Notes under the pieces: model-generated | Database searches by the model: none | Seen by the model: the letters and a program-made list of their open reading frames with translations, nothing else | Told to the model about the DNA's origin: nothing | From: an uncultured virus (IMG/VR IMGVR_UViG_3300018494_000099) | Lineage: Duplodnaviria > Heunggongvirae > Uroviricota > Caudoviricetes | IMG/VR virus record: IMGVR_UViG_3300018494_000099 | Length of the DNA stretch: 62,129 nt | Reading direction: 5' to 3' (one strand) | Shown here: piece after piece, positions 29,626-38,757 of the stretch | Numbering within the stretch: position 1 is the first letter of the stretch | Layout of the letters: the number at the start of each line of letters is the position of its first letter | Position numbers and translations under genes: made by a program

Positions 29626-31053
29626 TTAATCAGGCCAGTTTATTTTGCCTCTAATATTATAATACTTAGCAGGCATTTGCCCTGGAGCCATTATCATTTT
29701 ACTGAAATCAAGTTTGCCGCTTTCAGAGCTATATACCTCTTCGACGAAATCGAGTGCTTTAAGAGCTCTTACAGCTCTGTCTATCTCGGAAGCTTTTAGA
29801 TTATAGATGAAGAACATTCCATTATCTTGAATAATTGGCTGAGTGCCTGCAGCTCGAGCAATTTGAATTTCAATATTTCGTCTAGCCTTAGCACTTAATT
29901 GCTCTTCAAGAGAAAGTCTTTTAGAAGTAAGCTCATTTCTATAGTCTTTTAGTTGATCAAGATAGCCTTTGTTTCTAAGCTCCTTAAACGCAAGGTTTTC
30001 GATAGCATATTCGCCTTTAGCAACGCCCTTCTTACGAAGTTTCTCGTAAATATCTTCGAGCATCTTAACAACTTTTTTCTCATCATCAAGCTTGTCTGCT
30101 TTTATATCATCAATAAGCTTCTTACACTTTTCTTCCCACTCATCGACAAGCTTATTAAGTGCCTCTTTATCGTATTCTGGAATCTCTTCTTGTATTGGCT
30201 TTTTGATCCATTTATTTTTCTTTACGGAATAAACTCCATTGCTCACCCTTGCACTATCTTCAGTTTCTACAAAAATCTCAAGTGGAATATCATAAAGAGT
30301 TATATCTAAATTTTTATTAAAGATACTTCTATATGCACTGTATATTGCTGCTCCAAGGTCTGCCGGGTAATCAACAGCTTTAGTATTTGCAAGTATGTGA
30401 AGGTCTATATCACTATCTTTTGTATAGTTGTAACTAGCATTAGACCCAATAAATAAAATGTCGTCAACTTTTATTTTAATATCTTGCTCTTTTAGGTCAT
30501 CTAAGAAAGTATCAACGATTTCTAGCATTTTATCGCGTACTTTATCTTTTAGCATTTCTTCTTTTGTAAACAGTTTGCTGTTTAGGGAATCGTGCTTTTC
30601 GATTGCTTCCGTCAGCTTAATTTTACCTTCAGCTTGTACTAACTCTACTGTAGTTGAAATTAGTTGAGCATTAGCTGGTTGTTGCCAAACTTGCTTAGCC
30701 ATTTCTTGAAGCTCACCTGTGGTATACCCCCAGTTTTTTATGGTGCGCTTTAACTGGTCAATAAGTTCCTGCCAGCCGATTGCCACTGCAATAATAAAGT
30801 ATCTTAGTGCATCATCGGCTCTTGCATTTGGTACTTTTTTGCCTTTGCTCTTCGCCGAAGCCACAGACTTATCGTGTTTGGCTTTACTACAATTATAAGC
30901 AATACCCCATGGGGTTAGATTAAAGTTCTTTTTATTCCAGATATCTCTGTCAGGCTTACTTTGTGCTGCTTCATAGCTCACTTTTGCCGATAAGATTTTC
31001 TCTATTTCGGGCTTTGTAGGCATAAGAATCGCCGGATCATATACTGTTGCCAT
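29626..31053 (-). CDS. Multi-domain protein with pol-beta-superfamily nucleotidyltransferase domain
   Basis: IGSNASYNYTKDSDIDLH plus downstream EIFV; flanked by LTEA and LEEQ; RBS favours start MATVYD at 31053. Confidence 0.75.
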   Translation of the reverse strand: MATVYDPAILMPTKPEIEKILSAKVSYEAAQSKPDRDIWNKKNFNLTPWGIAYNCSKAKHDKSVASAKSKGKKVPNARADDALRYFIIAVAIGWQELIDQLKRTIKNWGYTTGELQEMAKQVWQQPANAQLISTTVELVQAEGKIKLTEAIEKHDSLNSKLFTKEEMLKDKVRDKMLEIVDTFLDDLKEQDIKIKVDDILFIGSNASYNYTKDSDIDLHILANTKAVDYPADLGAAIYSAYRSIFNKNLDITLYDIPLEIFVETEDSARVSNGVYSVKKNKWIKKPIQEEIPEYDKEALNKLVDEWEEKCKKLIDDIKADKLDDEKKVVKMLEDIYEKLRKKGVAKGEYAIENLAFKELRNKGYLDQLKDYRNELTSKRLSLEEQLSAKARRNIEIQIARAAGTQPIIQDNGMFFIYNLKASEIDRAVRALKALDFVEEVYSSESGKLDFSKMIMAPGQMPAKYYNIRGKINWPD

Positions 31054-31054
31054 A

Positions 31055-32356
31055 TTAAGCCTCCTCTGATTGTTCAATTCTCAGTGGAATTACGAAATGA
31101 AGATTACACGAGTCACAGCATCGACCTTTGTCGGCGCTCATATATGGTTCAGGGTTATTTCCATAGCCATCAATAGATTCGCCACAAATGCAGCAAGCCT
31201 CGTGCATAGCTTCTGTTAAATTTTCACCATAAACATTGACATCGTCAAAGTCAAGATCAAAGGCATTATCAGGGTTTAGTGTAAAAATAAACACGTTTGA
31301 GCCATTAGTATTCCAATCAATTGCAGGGATACCAGCATTATCTAGACAGGTCATAAGCTCCTCAGCAGCAGCCTCGATGTCATAAGCATTATGATTTAAA
31401 GTAATAATAACTTTATCACCCATTGGCGTAAAATCAGCGCTAATAACATCATAATCACAGTTATCAAAAATACCATCTAATACTGTATTAAAAGCACCGT
31501 CTAGTGCCTCCTGGCTTTCTTCTAACTCGGTAGCTGCTGTCATACGGTCTTCGTACTCTGACTTAAACTCTTTAGAGTCATCGTTAACTTTAGCGAGTTT
31601 TTTACGTTCTTCTTCTTTTTTAATAGAAAGGTCGTAATCCATAACCTTTACGTGATTCTTATCATAAAGGATTCCATCATCATAGTAATAAATAATATCA
31701 CTATTCATAAGTTTACTTACATCTTTATCGTCGCCGAGATTGTTAAGAGTGTAGACGCTACAGTTAGCATCATCAAGTTCGATAAGCGCCTTGAGTATTT
31801 CAGCCTTGTTGGAACAGAATATATTTTGTGGACGGATATAATATCTGCGTACATAGCGTTTAGCTTCAGTAAGCGATAAAGCTTCCATAAAAATTTTATT
31901 TGGATTCATTACATGACAGTCATCACAGACTTGGATAATGTCACCAACTTTGCCAGTTACAACGATTCCGTTAAAATAGTGTCCCTCTACTTTTACATTA
32001 TTCCTACTTAAAGACTCTTTGTGGTCCTTTTTAAATAGAGGATCAAATCTTTTGTCAACGATTACAACTGTAACTACATCATCGCTATTATAATCTTCAA
32101 AATCAAATTCTTCCCAGCTTTCTTTTAGTTTGAGACTTTCTCCTATAGCTCCACCTTCTGAAGCTCCAGTATCAGCACCAGAATCGCCAAGGTCAGCCGT
32201 TCCCATAGCAGTATTAAATCTATCTATATTTAAGCCAATATCACCTGTGGTGTAAGTAATAGAGCTACAGGGTTTCTTACGTCTACGCTTAGCTTTTTTA
32301 GCTTCTTCAATGGGCTCTTCATCAAATTCTTCTAAAAAAAGTTTATCATTTATCAT
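31055..32356 (-). CDS. Hypothetical segmented late protein with C-terminal Cys-rich Zn finger
   Basis: CCICG...GNNPEP...CCDSCN; segments separated by LKES, LTEA, LEES, LTEA. Confidence 0.6.
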   Translation of the reverse strand: MINDKLFLEEFDEEPIEEAKKAKRRRKKPCSSITYTTGDIGLNIDRFNTAMGTADLGDSGADTGASEGGAIGESLKLKESWEEFDFEDYNSDDVVTVVIVDKRFDPLFKKDHKESLSRNNVKVEGHYFNGIVVTGKVGDIIQVCDDCHVMNPNKIFMEALSLTEAKRYVRRYYIRPQNIFCSNKAEILKALIELDDANCSVYTLNNLGDDKDVSKLMNSDIIYYYDDGILYDKNHVKVMDYDLSIKKEEERKKLAKVNDDSKEFKSEYEDRMTAATELEESQEALDGAFNTVLDGIFDNCDYDVISADFTPMGDKVIITLNHNAYDIEAAAEELMTCLDNAGIPAIDWNTNGSNVFIFTLNPDNAFDLDFDDVNVYGENLTEAMHEACCICGESIDGYGNNPEPYMSADKGRCCDSCNLHFVIPLRIEQSEEA

Positions 32357-32392
32357 TAGGTATACTCCTTATGAAATTTATTTACAAACAAG

Positions 32393-32446
32393 CGACGGCC
32401 ATAGCGGCGGTGAAAGGCTAAGTCCGCTTTGTTGCCACAGCCGTCG
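32393..32446 (-). ncRNA. GC-rich structured RNA (5' leader or small RNA) directly after a late promoter motif
   Basis: 13-bp stem CGACGGCUGUGGC / GCUAUGGCCGUCG with three G-U pairs, inner GCGG/CCGC stem. Confidence 0.5.
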
Positions 32447-32448
32447 TA

Positions 32449-32457
32449 TAATTTAGC
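32449..32457 (-). promoter_or_regulatory. Late-promoter-like motif GCTAAATTA
   Basis: Recurrent motif. Confidence 0.7.
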
Positions 32458-32461
32458 AGAA

Positions 32462-32497
32462 ATAAAAAGCCTCGTAAACAAATACGAAGCTTTTATT
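32462..32497 (-). terminator. Terminator ending the MoxR/vWA operon
   Basis: ataaaaagcctcgta / tacgaagcttttatt inverted repeat. Confidence 0.6.
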
Positions 32498-32503
32498 AAT
32501 TAT

Positions 32504-32950
32504 TTAATTATATAAATCATCATCTGTTAGCGGTTCACCGACAGGGTCGTCGAAGTCTACAAAGTACTCAAAGGGCTCGCTTTCCGGTTCATCAGCATCT
32601 AGCTCTGAAAAGAAATCAATATCTGGTTCATTATTAGCTTTTACGGGTTCTTCCGGAATTATTGTAAGCTTTTCCGGCACAATAACCTCAGGCTCAGCAA
32701 CTTCTACAGGCTCATTAATCCTAGCAGCTTCAACTGGTTCGTTTGCAAGATTTTCTAAACAGCCAGTAAATACATAATAACTAGTAAGAAGATCTTTTAG
32801 TAGCTTTACTGTTTTAGCAGCTATCTCAGAATCAGTTTCAATACAGTCTATCTGATTTTGAATACTTTCGCTATCTTCCCAGCTTTTCGCAATCAAGTCA
32901 TTTATAAAATTTTTATCTGCTTTAATTTTATCTTTAATCGTAATGCCCAT
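32504..32950 (-). CDS. Hypothetical acidic protein
   Basis: 148 aa ORF, last gene of the operon. Confidence 0.6.
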   Translation of the reverse strand: MGITIKDKIKADKNFINDLIAKSWEDSESIQNQIDCIETDSEIAAKTVKLLKDLLTSYYVFTGCLENLANEPVEAARINEPVEVAEPEVIVPEKLTIIPEEPVKANNEPDIDFFSELDADEPESEPFEYFVDFDDPVGEPLTDDDLYN

Positions 32951-32952
32951 TA

Positions 32953-34758
32953 TTAAACATCTCCCTGACTAAATGAGAACTGCTGCACACCGCCACGCCC
33001 TTTGAGGTCTCTCGGGAGTCTTGGCGCGTTTTGTCCATCTCTCCAGAGATACCAGACATAGCCTGGAACGGTATATTTTAAGGCTTCTGGGCCTTCCCAC
33101 CAGTCTTCCATATCGGCGTCTGTCATAATGACAACATTAGTAGCTTGCGTACTAATGATATTTTTTACAATATCATTCCAAGCTCTTGTACCACCTTCAT
33201 CAAGAGCAGACTGCATATCGTTAAATACATGGTTTGAGAAGTAGTATATATTAATTTTAATCTGACCTTTTTCTTCCATATCTACTAAAGTACTAACAGC
33301 TCTCTTGCCAACTTCTATATCTTTAGGTCCCCAAGAGCCTGAACAGTCAAAATAGAAATCAATTATTGGAATTTTTCTATCTGGAAGGTCATTCTTACGC
33401 TGTCCCTGCTTTAGTACGCCTGTACCACTATAACGTCTATTAATAGCAGACCAGGTATCATCTTGTACTTCATTAGTTTGAACCTGTAAAGCAATAGCAC
33501 GATATAAGCTATTTAAAAATTCTCGGAAACCTTTAAATGAGCTCGCCGCAGGCTTTTTATAGATAGCTGTTTCTTTTTCTCTAGCCTTGACAGCCTGAGT
33601 TTCCGCTCTGATTGCCGCAATATCTTCATCAGAAAGTGCTTGTTGGGTTTCTCTACTTCCAAGGTCAGCCTTAATCTCTTGGGCTCTAAGCTCACGTTCT
33701 TCATCCGTAGTAAAGGTAAGGTCAGTATCTCCAACTGCGCTTATTGCATCAAATACGCGATTTATCATTAAGTTAAATTCATCGTCTGAGATATCTTTTA
33801 AGTTTTTCTGAGCAGCCTCTACTAAGCTTTCAAGAGCTTCAATAGATTTTTCCAACTCTCTAATTAGGGCAGGAGCGACATTTCTAGTTTTAGCTTTTTC
33901 CAGTGCAGCTTTAGCCGCTGTTAAAGTGCGCTCTCTTTTTCTCACACGTGCTTCATGCTTAGATTTTATTTCTTGATCATCATAAGAATTCTTTAATTCA
34001 TCGTCTAAAAACTCATCTTCATCAAATTCAAATTCATCTTCTTCAGACTCATCATCGAAGTCAACTTCGTCAGCGTCATCTTCATCAAACTCGTCTTCAT
34101 CAGAATCTTCATCAGAAGCTTCATCTTCGGTTTCTTCTTCGTCCTCGTCAGAATCTTCATCGTCATCATAAGAATTCTTTAATTCATCGTCGTTAACTTC
34201 ATCTGAGTCTACATTATCGTCAAGCTCGTCGCCTTCAATGTCTTCTCCGTCCTCGCCAGACTCATTGCCGCTCTGCTCGTTATCATCAGAGCCTTCCTCC
34301 TCGTCGCTAGGTTCTTCAGATGAGCCTGGAGTCTTTTTATCAGCTTCTTCGCCCTTATCCTGACCTTCAGCGTCACCTGCCTCACCGGAGTCTTCCTTAG
34401 AATCGGTCTTATCACCATTGGAGTCGCTGTCTAACGAATCATCGCCAGAGCTATTTCCATCATCCTCTAGGTCGTCTTCTGACTCGTTATGTTTAATTTG
34501 ACTTAAGATGTCTTCTTCATCTTCAATTTCTATATCTTCATCACTTTCTGGTTGATTAAACTTTTGCGAAGGCTGAAGTAGGTCCGGGTCGATTTCAACA
34601 TCTATCTCTTTTTCACCGGGAAGTCCAGCTCCACTCATATTGGGTGGCGGGGGCGTACGAGAGCCGAGAATCGCTTGAATAGCTTCAGCAGCACCACGCT
34701 TAGCATCTGGGTTTGTCAAGTCTATTCCAAGTGAATCTAAAATATCTTTAATATCCAT
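32953..34758 (-). CDS. vWA-domain protein with very long Asp/Glu-rich region
   Basis: MIDAS DCSGS, GGT, VVIMTDAD; TWSAINRR motif before the vWA as in DUF2201-type proteins. Confidence 0.8.
   Translation of the reverse strand: MDIKDILDSLGIDLTNPDAKRGAAEAIQAILGSRTPPPPNMSGAGLPGEKEIDVEIDPDLLQPSQKFNQPESDEDIEIEDEEDILSQIKHNESEDDLEDDGNSSGDDSLDSDSNGDKTDSKEDSGEAGDAEGQDKGEEADKKTPGSSEEPSDEEEGSDDNEQSGNESGEDGEDIEGDELDDNVDSDEVNDDELKNSYDDDEDSDEDEEETEDEASDEDSDEDEFDEDDADEVDFDDESEEDEFEFDEDEFLDDELKNSYDDQEIKSKHEARVRKRERTLTAAKAALEKAKTRNVAPALIRELEKSIEALESLVEAAQKNLKDISDDEFNLMINRVFDAISAVGDTDLTFTTDEERELRAQEIKADLGSRETQQALSDEDIAAIRAETQAVKAREKETAIYKKPAASSFKGFREFLNSLYRAIALQVQTNEVQDDTWSAINRRYSGTGVLKQGQRKNDLPDRKIPIIDFYFDCSGSWGPKDIEVGKRAVSTLVDMEEKGQIKINIYYFSNHVFNDMQSALDEGGTRAWNDIVKNIISTQATNVVIMTDADMEDWWEGPEALKYTVPGYVWYLWRDGQNAPRLPRDLKGRGGVQQFSFSQGDV
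33977..34191. repeat. 29-nt exact direct repeat (33977-34005 and 34163-34191) within the acidic tract
   Basis: tcatcataagaattctttaattcatcgtc twice, encoding DDELKNSYDD. Confidence 0.85.
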
Positions 34759-34784
34759 CTAGTCTTTACCTTTCAATTTTGCTA

Positions 34785-35972
34785 TTATGCATTATTTATT
34801 GCAGCTAAAACTTGGTTCAGTGTTTCATCATCATACTGCTTTTTATCTAATGCTGCTACAACTTTATTCCAAGCATCTTTATAATCTTGAGAATTAGTTT
34901 TTCTTTTTATATTAAATTTAAGTGGGTCGTAATTAATATTGCCACCAAGATTTTTTAAAACTTCGTTAGCTAACACCTTATCTTCAGGAGTATACAAAGT
35001 TGTCACTATTTCGCCAGTTCTTGGGTTTATAATATCAAACTTTTCCTGCGGGCTCGTGCCAGCGATGTCTTTTACAATGTCTAAAAGCTTTTGTTTTTCT
35101 GTATCAGTTTCAAAATCTTTAAAAGCTTCATAGACTACTGTTATTAATTTTTTATAAATATCTGCATATCTATTAAAAATCTTAGACTTTATAAATATAT
35201 CTATAGGAGCACGAATACCAGAAGGCTTCATTATGTCTCTATATACTGCGATAGCTCTAGTATCAGCATCTAAGCCACTACCAGTGATATCAATAGGGTC
35301 ATAGATACGCGTATTATTTTTTACTCGTGATCTCGGCTGCCAGTAAGGATCACTTCTAATATCACGATTAATCTGAATAAGCTCGTTAGAAAGTTCCTCA
35401 TACATAGCTTCAAGTGGCATTTTTGCCCAATGGGCTCTATCTTCTTCTGTAATAAGTCCACCAATCTGTCTACCGTTAAGTGTCATTGCTTTGACTATCT
35501 TTTTGTCTGCATCAGTATATCGTTTATTAGAAATTTCGAAGTCTTCTATAATATTTAAAATATGATGTAAGCTGGCACTGTATCTAATATGCTCATAAGC
35601 TTCGTCTGGGTCGTTTTTGTGTAATCTTTTAAAAATGTGCATAAGACGAATTTGATGCATCATAAGATTGTGTGCGAGCTCATGACGAAGTAAAACATCA
35701 AGCTGATTAAAAATAGCTTCGCTTGTACCTAAAAAGCCATCACTAATAAATACAGTTGCTTCATCAAAAGAAATAGCTGCAGTAAAATCGGGATGTTTTT
35801 TAGAGTCTATAATATTAAAATCAAATTTCCAGAAACGTTCTGCATATTTTCTATGACCTTTATTTATTAAAAGCTGACAGAGAGCTTTTTTAACTTTTCG
35901 CTCTCCGTCAGTCATAAAGTGTCTAGTTATATCAGAAGATTCTAGTAATGCTCTATTTATTTGCATAGTCAA
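34785..35972 (-). CDS. HEXXH zinc metallopeptidase-like protein (MoxR/vWA-associated)
   Basis: FTAAI...LLRHELAHNLMMH...NIIEDFEISN, plus EAMYEEL motif. Confidence 0.75.
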   Translation of the reverse strand: MTMQINRALLESSDITRHFMTDGERKVKKALCQLLINKGHRKYAERFWKFDFNIIDSKKHPDFTAAISFDEATVFISDGFLGTSEAIFNQLDVLLRHELAHNLMMHQIRLMHIFKRLHKNDPDEAYEHIRYSASLHHILNIIEDFEISNKRYTDADKKIVKAMTLNGRQIGGLITEEDRAHWAKMPLEAMYEELSNELIQINRDIRSDPYWQPRSRVKNNTRIYDPIDITGSGLDADTRAIAVYRDIMKPSGIRAPIDIFIKSKIFNRYADIYKKLITVVYEAFKDFETDTEKQKLLDIVKDIAGTSPQEKFDIINPRTGEIVTTLYTPEDKVLANEVLKNLGGNINYDPLKFNIKRKTNSQDYKDAWNKVVAALDKKQYDDETLNQVLAAINNA

Positions 35973-35990
35973 ATCTCCTTTAGCTCATGA

Positions 35991-37631
35991 TTAGAGCGAG
36001 AAATCAAAAGCCTTTATACGATTAAGTGCATCAGCTGCGCTAACTCTTGCAGCCTTACCTGCGTTAGAAGCGGTACTGCCAAATAAATCACTATCGATCT
36101 CTTCACCTTCTGTACCAAAAACGCTATCAAAATCATCGGAATCTGCTGGAGTTTGATTATCAGCATCTTCTGCAGGAGCCTCAGTAGCCTGCGTTGCAGG
36201 TGCACCGTTCGCTCCGGGTACTACTACTTCAGGCTCAACCCAGCTATCAAGAATATTGTGAATCATTTCCTTGTTTTTATCAAGGAACTTTGAGTAGTTA
36301 TCAACCCAATTTAGAAATTTCTCTTTACTATAGCCATGAGACATAAGAGCATCTGTAATTGAACGCTGGTTAAGCATCTTAGCATGGTCATTAAACAAGT
36401 CAAGAAGGTCATCTCTGTCGTCAAACTCAAACAATGGGTTGGTGGAGGTGAGGAGTGCTTCAGCCAGATTTAAAATTTTATTATAACGAACATACAAGAA
36501 ATTATAATGTTCATCTTTAGAGTCAAGCGTCTCAATTATCTTTTTAAGATGAAATCTAATATATTTAATTGCGTCTGGTACGTTAGAATCCCAGTCCAAA
36601 GTATCTACAAAACGAGACATTTCTGCATCGTTTAGGTCCATAGCACCGGGGTCAGTCGGAACAGATGGGTTAATGCAGGCTACTGTGAAGAGAAGCTCAT
36701 CGAAATGTCTAAAACCGTCTTCACCTGGACCGTCTACTACGTGCTCATTAATAAGCGAAAGAAGAACTGCACGAAGTTTAGACGGTGCTCTATTAAACTC
36801 ATCTAAGAATAATACTGAATTTTTTCTATCGAGCGCATCCAAAGACTTAGAATACGAACGAACTACTCGTTGTACTTTACCAAGTTCTTCATCTTCTTCT
36901 TCGACATTTACAGGGAAGCCGTTAAGAATTGCGCCAAGGTCATCATTCTTAGCATTAAGGTAGAAAAGATTTACTCCTCTATCTTTTGCCCACTGTTTAG
37001 TAATACCTGTCTTACCTGAGCCAGGTAATCCACAAACAAGAAGGTCTACACCATCATGTGTGCCCATATGATGACCAACCATGGCATTGGATAGACAATC
37101 ATCAAGTTTATCAGTAAGTTCACTTTGTACATCAAGAGGAGCCCAAGCAGCAGCATCAAAGCCTTTTGCAGCAGTCTTTAGCTCGGTAGCAATTTTTTGT
37201 GCTTTCGCATCTGAGTAAGTCTCTTTACCATCAGAAGCTTCCTCTGCAGCGTCTTGAACTGCATCAGCAATCTCACTAACAGACGCATCTAAAATGTCAT
37301 CAATTGCAATATCTTCATCTGCAGTATCTTCCGCTTCAGTAAGAGACTCATTTTTAAATTCACTAGTTATATCATGAATGGTAACATTTTTAAATGTTGC
37401 AAGCTCTGGACAGTTGGCTTGGCAATCTTCATCTGTATACACAACAATATCTTCTCCGGCTTTAGCAGCTTTTAGCGGCTCAGCAAATTTAAGATCATCA
37501 AAATAATAAATGTCTGTGCAGCCGTCTGCATTAGCTTTTGCAGTAAGCTTATCTTTGACTGATGCTAAACTGCCAGATTGATCGATATAAGCTTTTTTTA
37601 CCGACTCTGTAATAATTTTATTTATTTTCAC
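35991..37631 (-). CDS. MoxR/dynein-like AAA+ ATPase with N-terminal mini-vWA-like segment
   Basis: Walker A GLPGSGKT, Walker B LFLDEFNRA, sensor ACINP, SRF. Confidence 0.85.
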   Translation of the reverse strand: MKINKIITESVKKAYIDQSGSLASVKDKLTAKANADGCTDIYYFDDLKFAEPLKAAKAGEDIVVYTDEDCQANCPELATFKNVTIHDITSEFKNESLTEAEDTADEDIAIDDILDASVSEIADAVQDAAEEASDGKETYSDAKAQKIATELKTAAKGFDAAAWAPLDVQSELTDKLDDCLSNAMVGHHMGTHDGVDLLVCGLPGSGKTGITKQWAKDRGVNLFYLNAKNDDLGAILNGFPVNVEEEDEELGKVQRVVRSYSKSLDALDRKNSVLFLDEFNRAPSKLRAVLLSLINEHVVDGPGEDGFRHFDELLFTVACINPSVPTDPGAMDLNDAEMSRFVDTLDWDSNVPDAIKYIRFHLKKIIETLDSKDEHYNFLYVRYNKILNLAEALLTSTNPLFEFDDRDDLLDLFNDHAKMLNQRSITDALMSHGYSKEKFLNWVDNYSKFLDKNKEMIHNILDSWVEPEVVVPGANGAPATQATEAPAEDADNQTPADSDDFDSVFGTEGEEIDSDLFGSTASNAGKAARVSAADALNRIKAFDFSL

Positions 37632-37647
37632 GGGTATTTCCTCCTAA

Positions 37648-38679
37648 TTAATCTCTTCTCATCCAAGTGTGAAGTTCTTCAAGTTCTTCTTTGGTGTAGC
37701 TTTCAGTAGCTTTTTCCCAGCTGCCTGTAGTGTCTTCTGTTAAAGTCTCATTTAAAGCTTCATTTAAAGTCTTAGCACTTATTGCACAAACACCGAATTC
37801 TGTTCCAGCCAAGAAGTATCCATTAGGATCCGCATTACGCTTAACTACTCTCGGATTACTGACATTCGCAGGAATTCTATTTGCTGCAATCATCTTATCT
37901 AAGAAATCTTGAGCATCGTTTTGATCATCAAAATAACAAGTGCAGTCTGTATAACCATTGCCGCTGCTGAAGAAAACCTTATTAGTATTTCCGGTAGCAC
38001 CAGAAGCGCTTAGGGGCTTAATAAATACATTTGGAGTGTTCTTAGACTGTGGGTTATCTCCGACAATTCTAAAAATAAACGTTCCACCCGCAGTAACTTT
38101 CTGACCAGGAACTCCAGCGCTCACACCATCAAGAGCGCGCAAGTCTCTTACATTACCTGACTGTGCGCCAGAAGACTTATAACCGTTTTGTGGCGCTTGG
38201 GCTGTTGTTGTATTGCTGCCTCCAGCTGAAGCACTTGAAGCGCTTCTTGAAGCTCTTGCAGGCTTATCCTGAACAGCCGAAATATATCTACCATACTTAT
38301 ATACGGCCTCTCCTAGTTTAGTCTTTTTAAATTCTTCAATTTCATAAGGTGTTTTAAGAGTATCATCCCAGTATAGTCCAAGTAACTCTGCCATATAAAC
38401 AATAGCTTTAGCGAAGCCCTCAGCTTTAAAACGTGCTTCACCTCGACTGACCGGTGCATAATAGTGCAAGGTATTAAGCTCGCTATCAATATCTGTAAAG
38501 TCTCTGTTTACAAGCTCATCACAAACTTTTTTAGCACTGTCTAAATATTGGCTGCGCTGAAAGTTATAAGGAAGGTCTTCATTAGGGTCCTTACTTCTTA
38601 AGCCACCCGCTATTAATATATAACGCATTTGCCTTCTAGCTTTTGCTTCGGCTTCTGGCGTTGTAAAAATCTTAGGCAT
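37648..38679 (-). CDS. Hypothetical late protein, first gene of MoxR operon
   Basis: 343 aa; Ser/Ala linker; TLNEALNETLTED near C-terminus. Confidence 0.6.
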   Translation of the reverse strand: MPKIFTTPEAEAKARRQMRYILIAGGLRSKDPNEDLPYNFQRSQYLDSAKKVCDELVNRDFTDIDSELNTLHYYAPVSRGEARFKAEGFAKAIVYMAELLGLYWDDTLKTPYEIEEFKKTKLGEAVYKYGRYISAVQDKPARASRSASSASAGGSNTTTAQAPQNGYKSSGAQSGNVRDLRALDGVSAGVPGQKVTAGGTFIFRIVGDNPQSKNTPNVFIKPLSASGATGNTNKVFFSSGNGYTDCTCYFDDQNDAQDFLDKMIAANRIPANVSNPRVVKRNADPNGYFLAGTEFGVCAISAKTLNEALNETLTEDTTGSWEKATESYTKEELEELHTWMRRD

Positions 38680-38718
38680 TAAAAGTTAATCTCCTTTATT
38701 TTAATTTTTTTAATCAAT

Positions 38719-38727
38719 TAATTTAGC
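38719..38727 (-). promoter_or_regulatory. Late-promoter-like motif GCTAAATTA upstream of MoxR operon
   Basis: Recurrent motif. Confidence 0.7.
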
Positions 38728-38757
38728 AAATTAAAACAGCTTAACCACTTTAATTTA

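Noticed and set aside
32393..32446. tRNA or known riboswitch
   Set aside because: Too short, no cloverleaf or T-loop, and no aptamer consensus that I recognise; kept only as an unclassified structured RNA.
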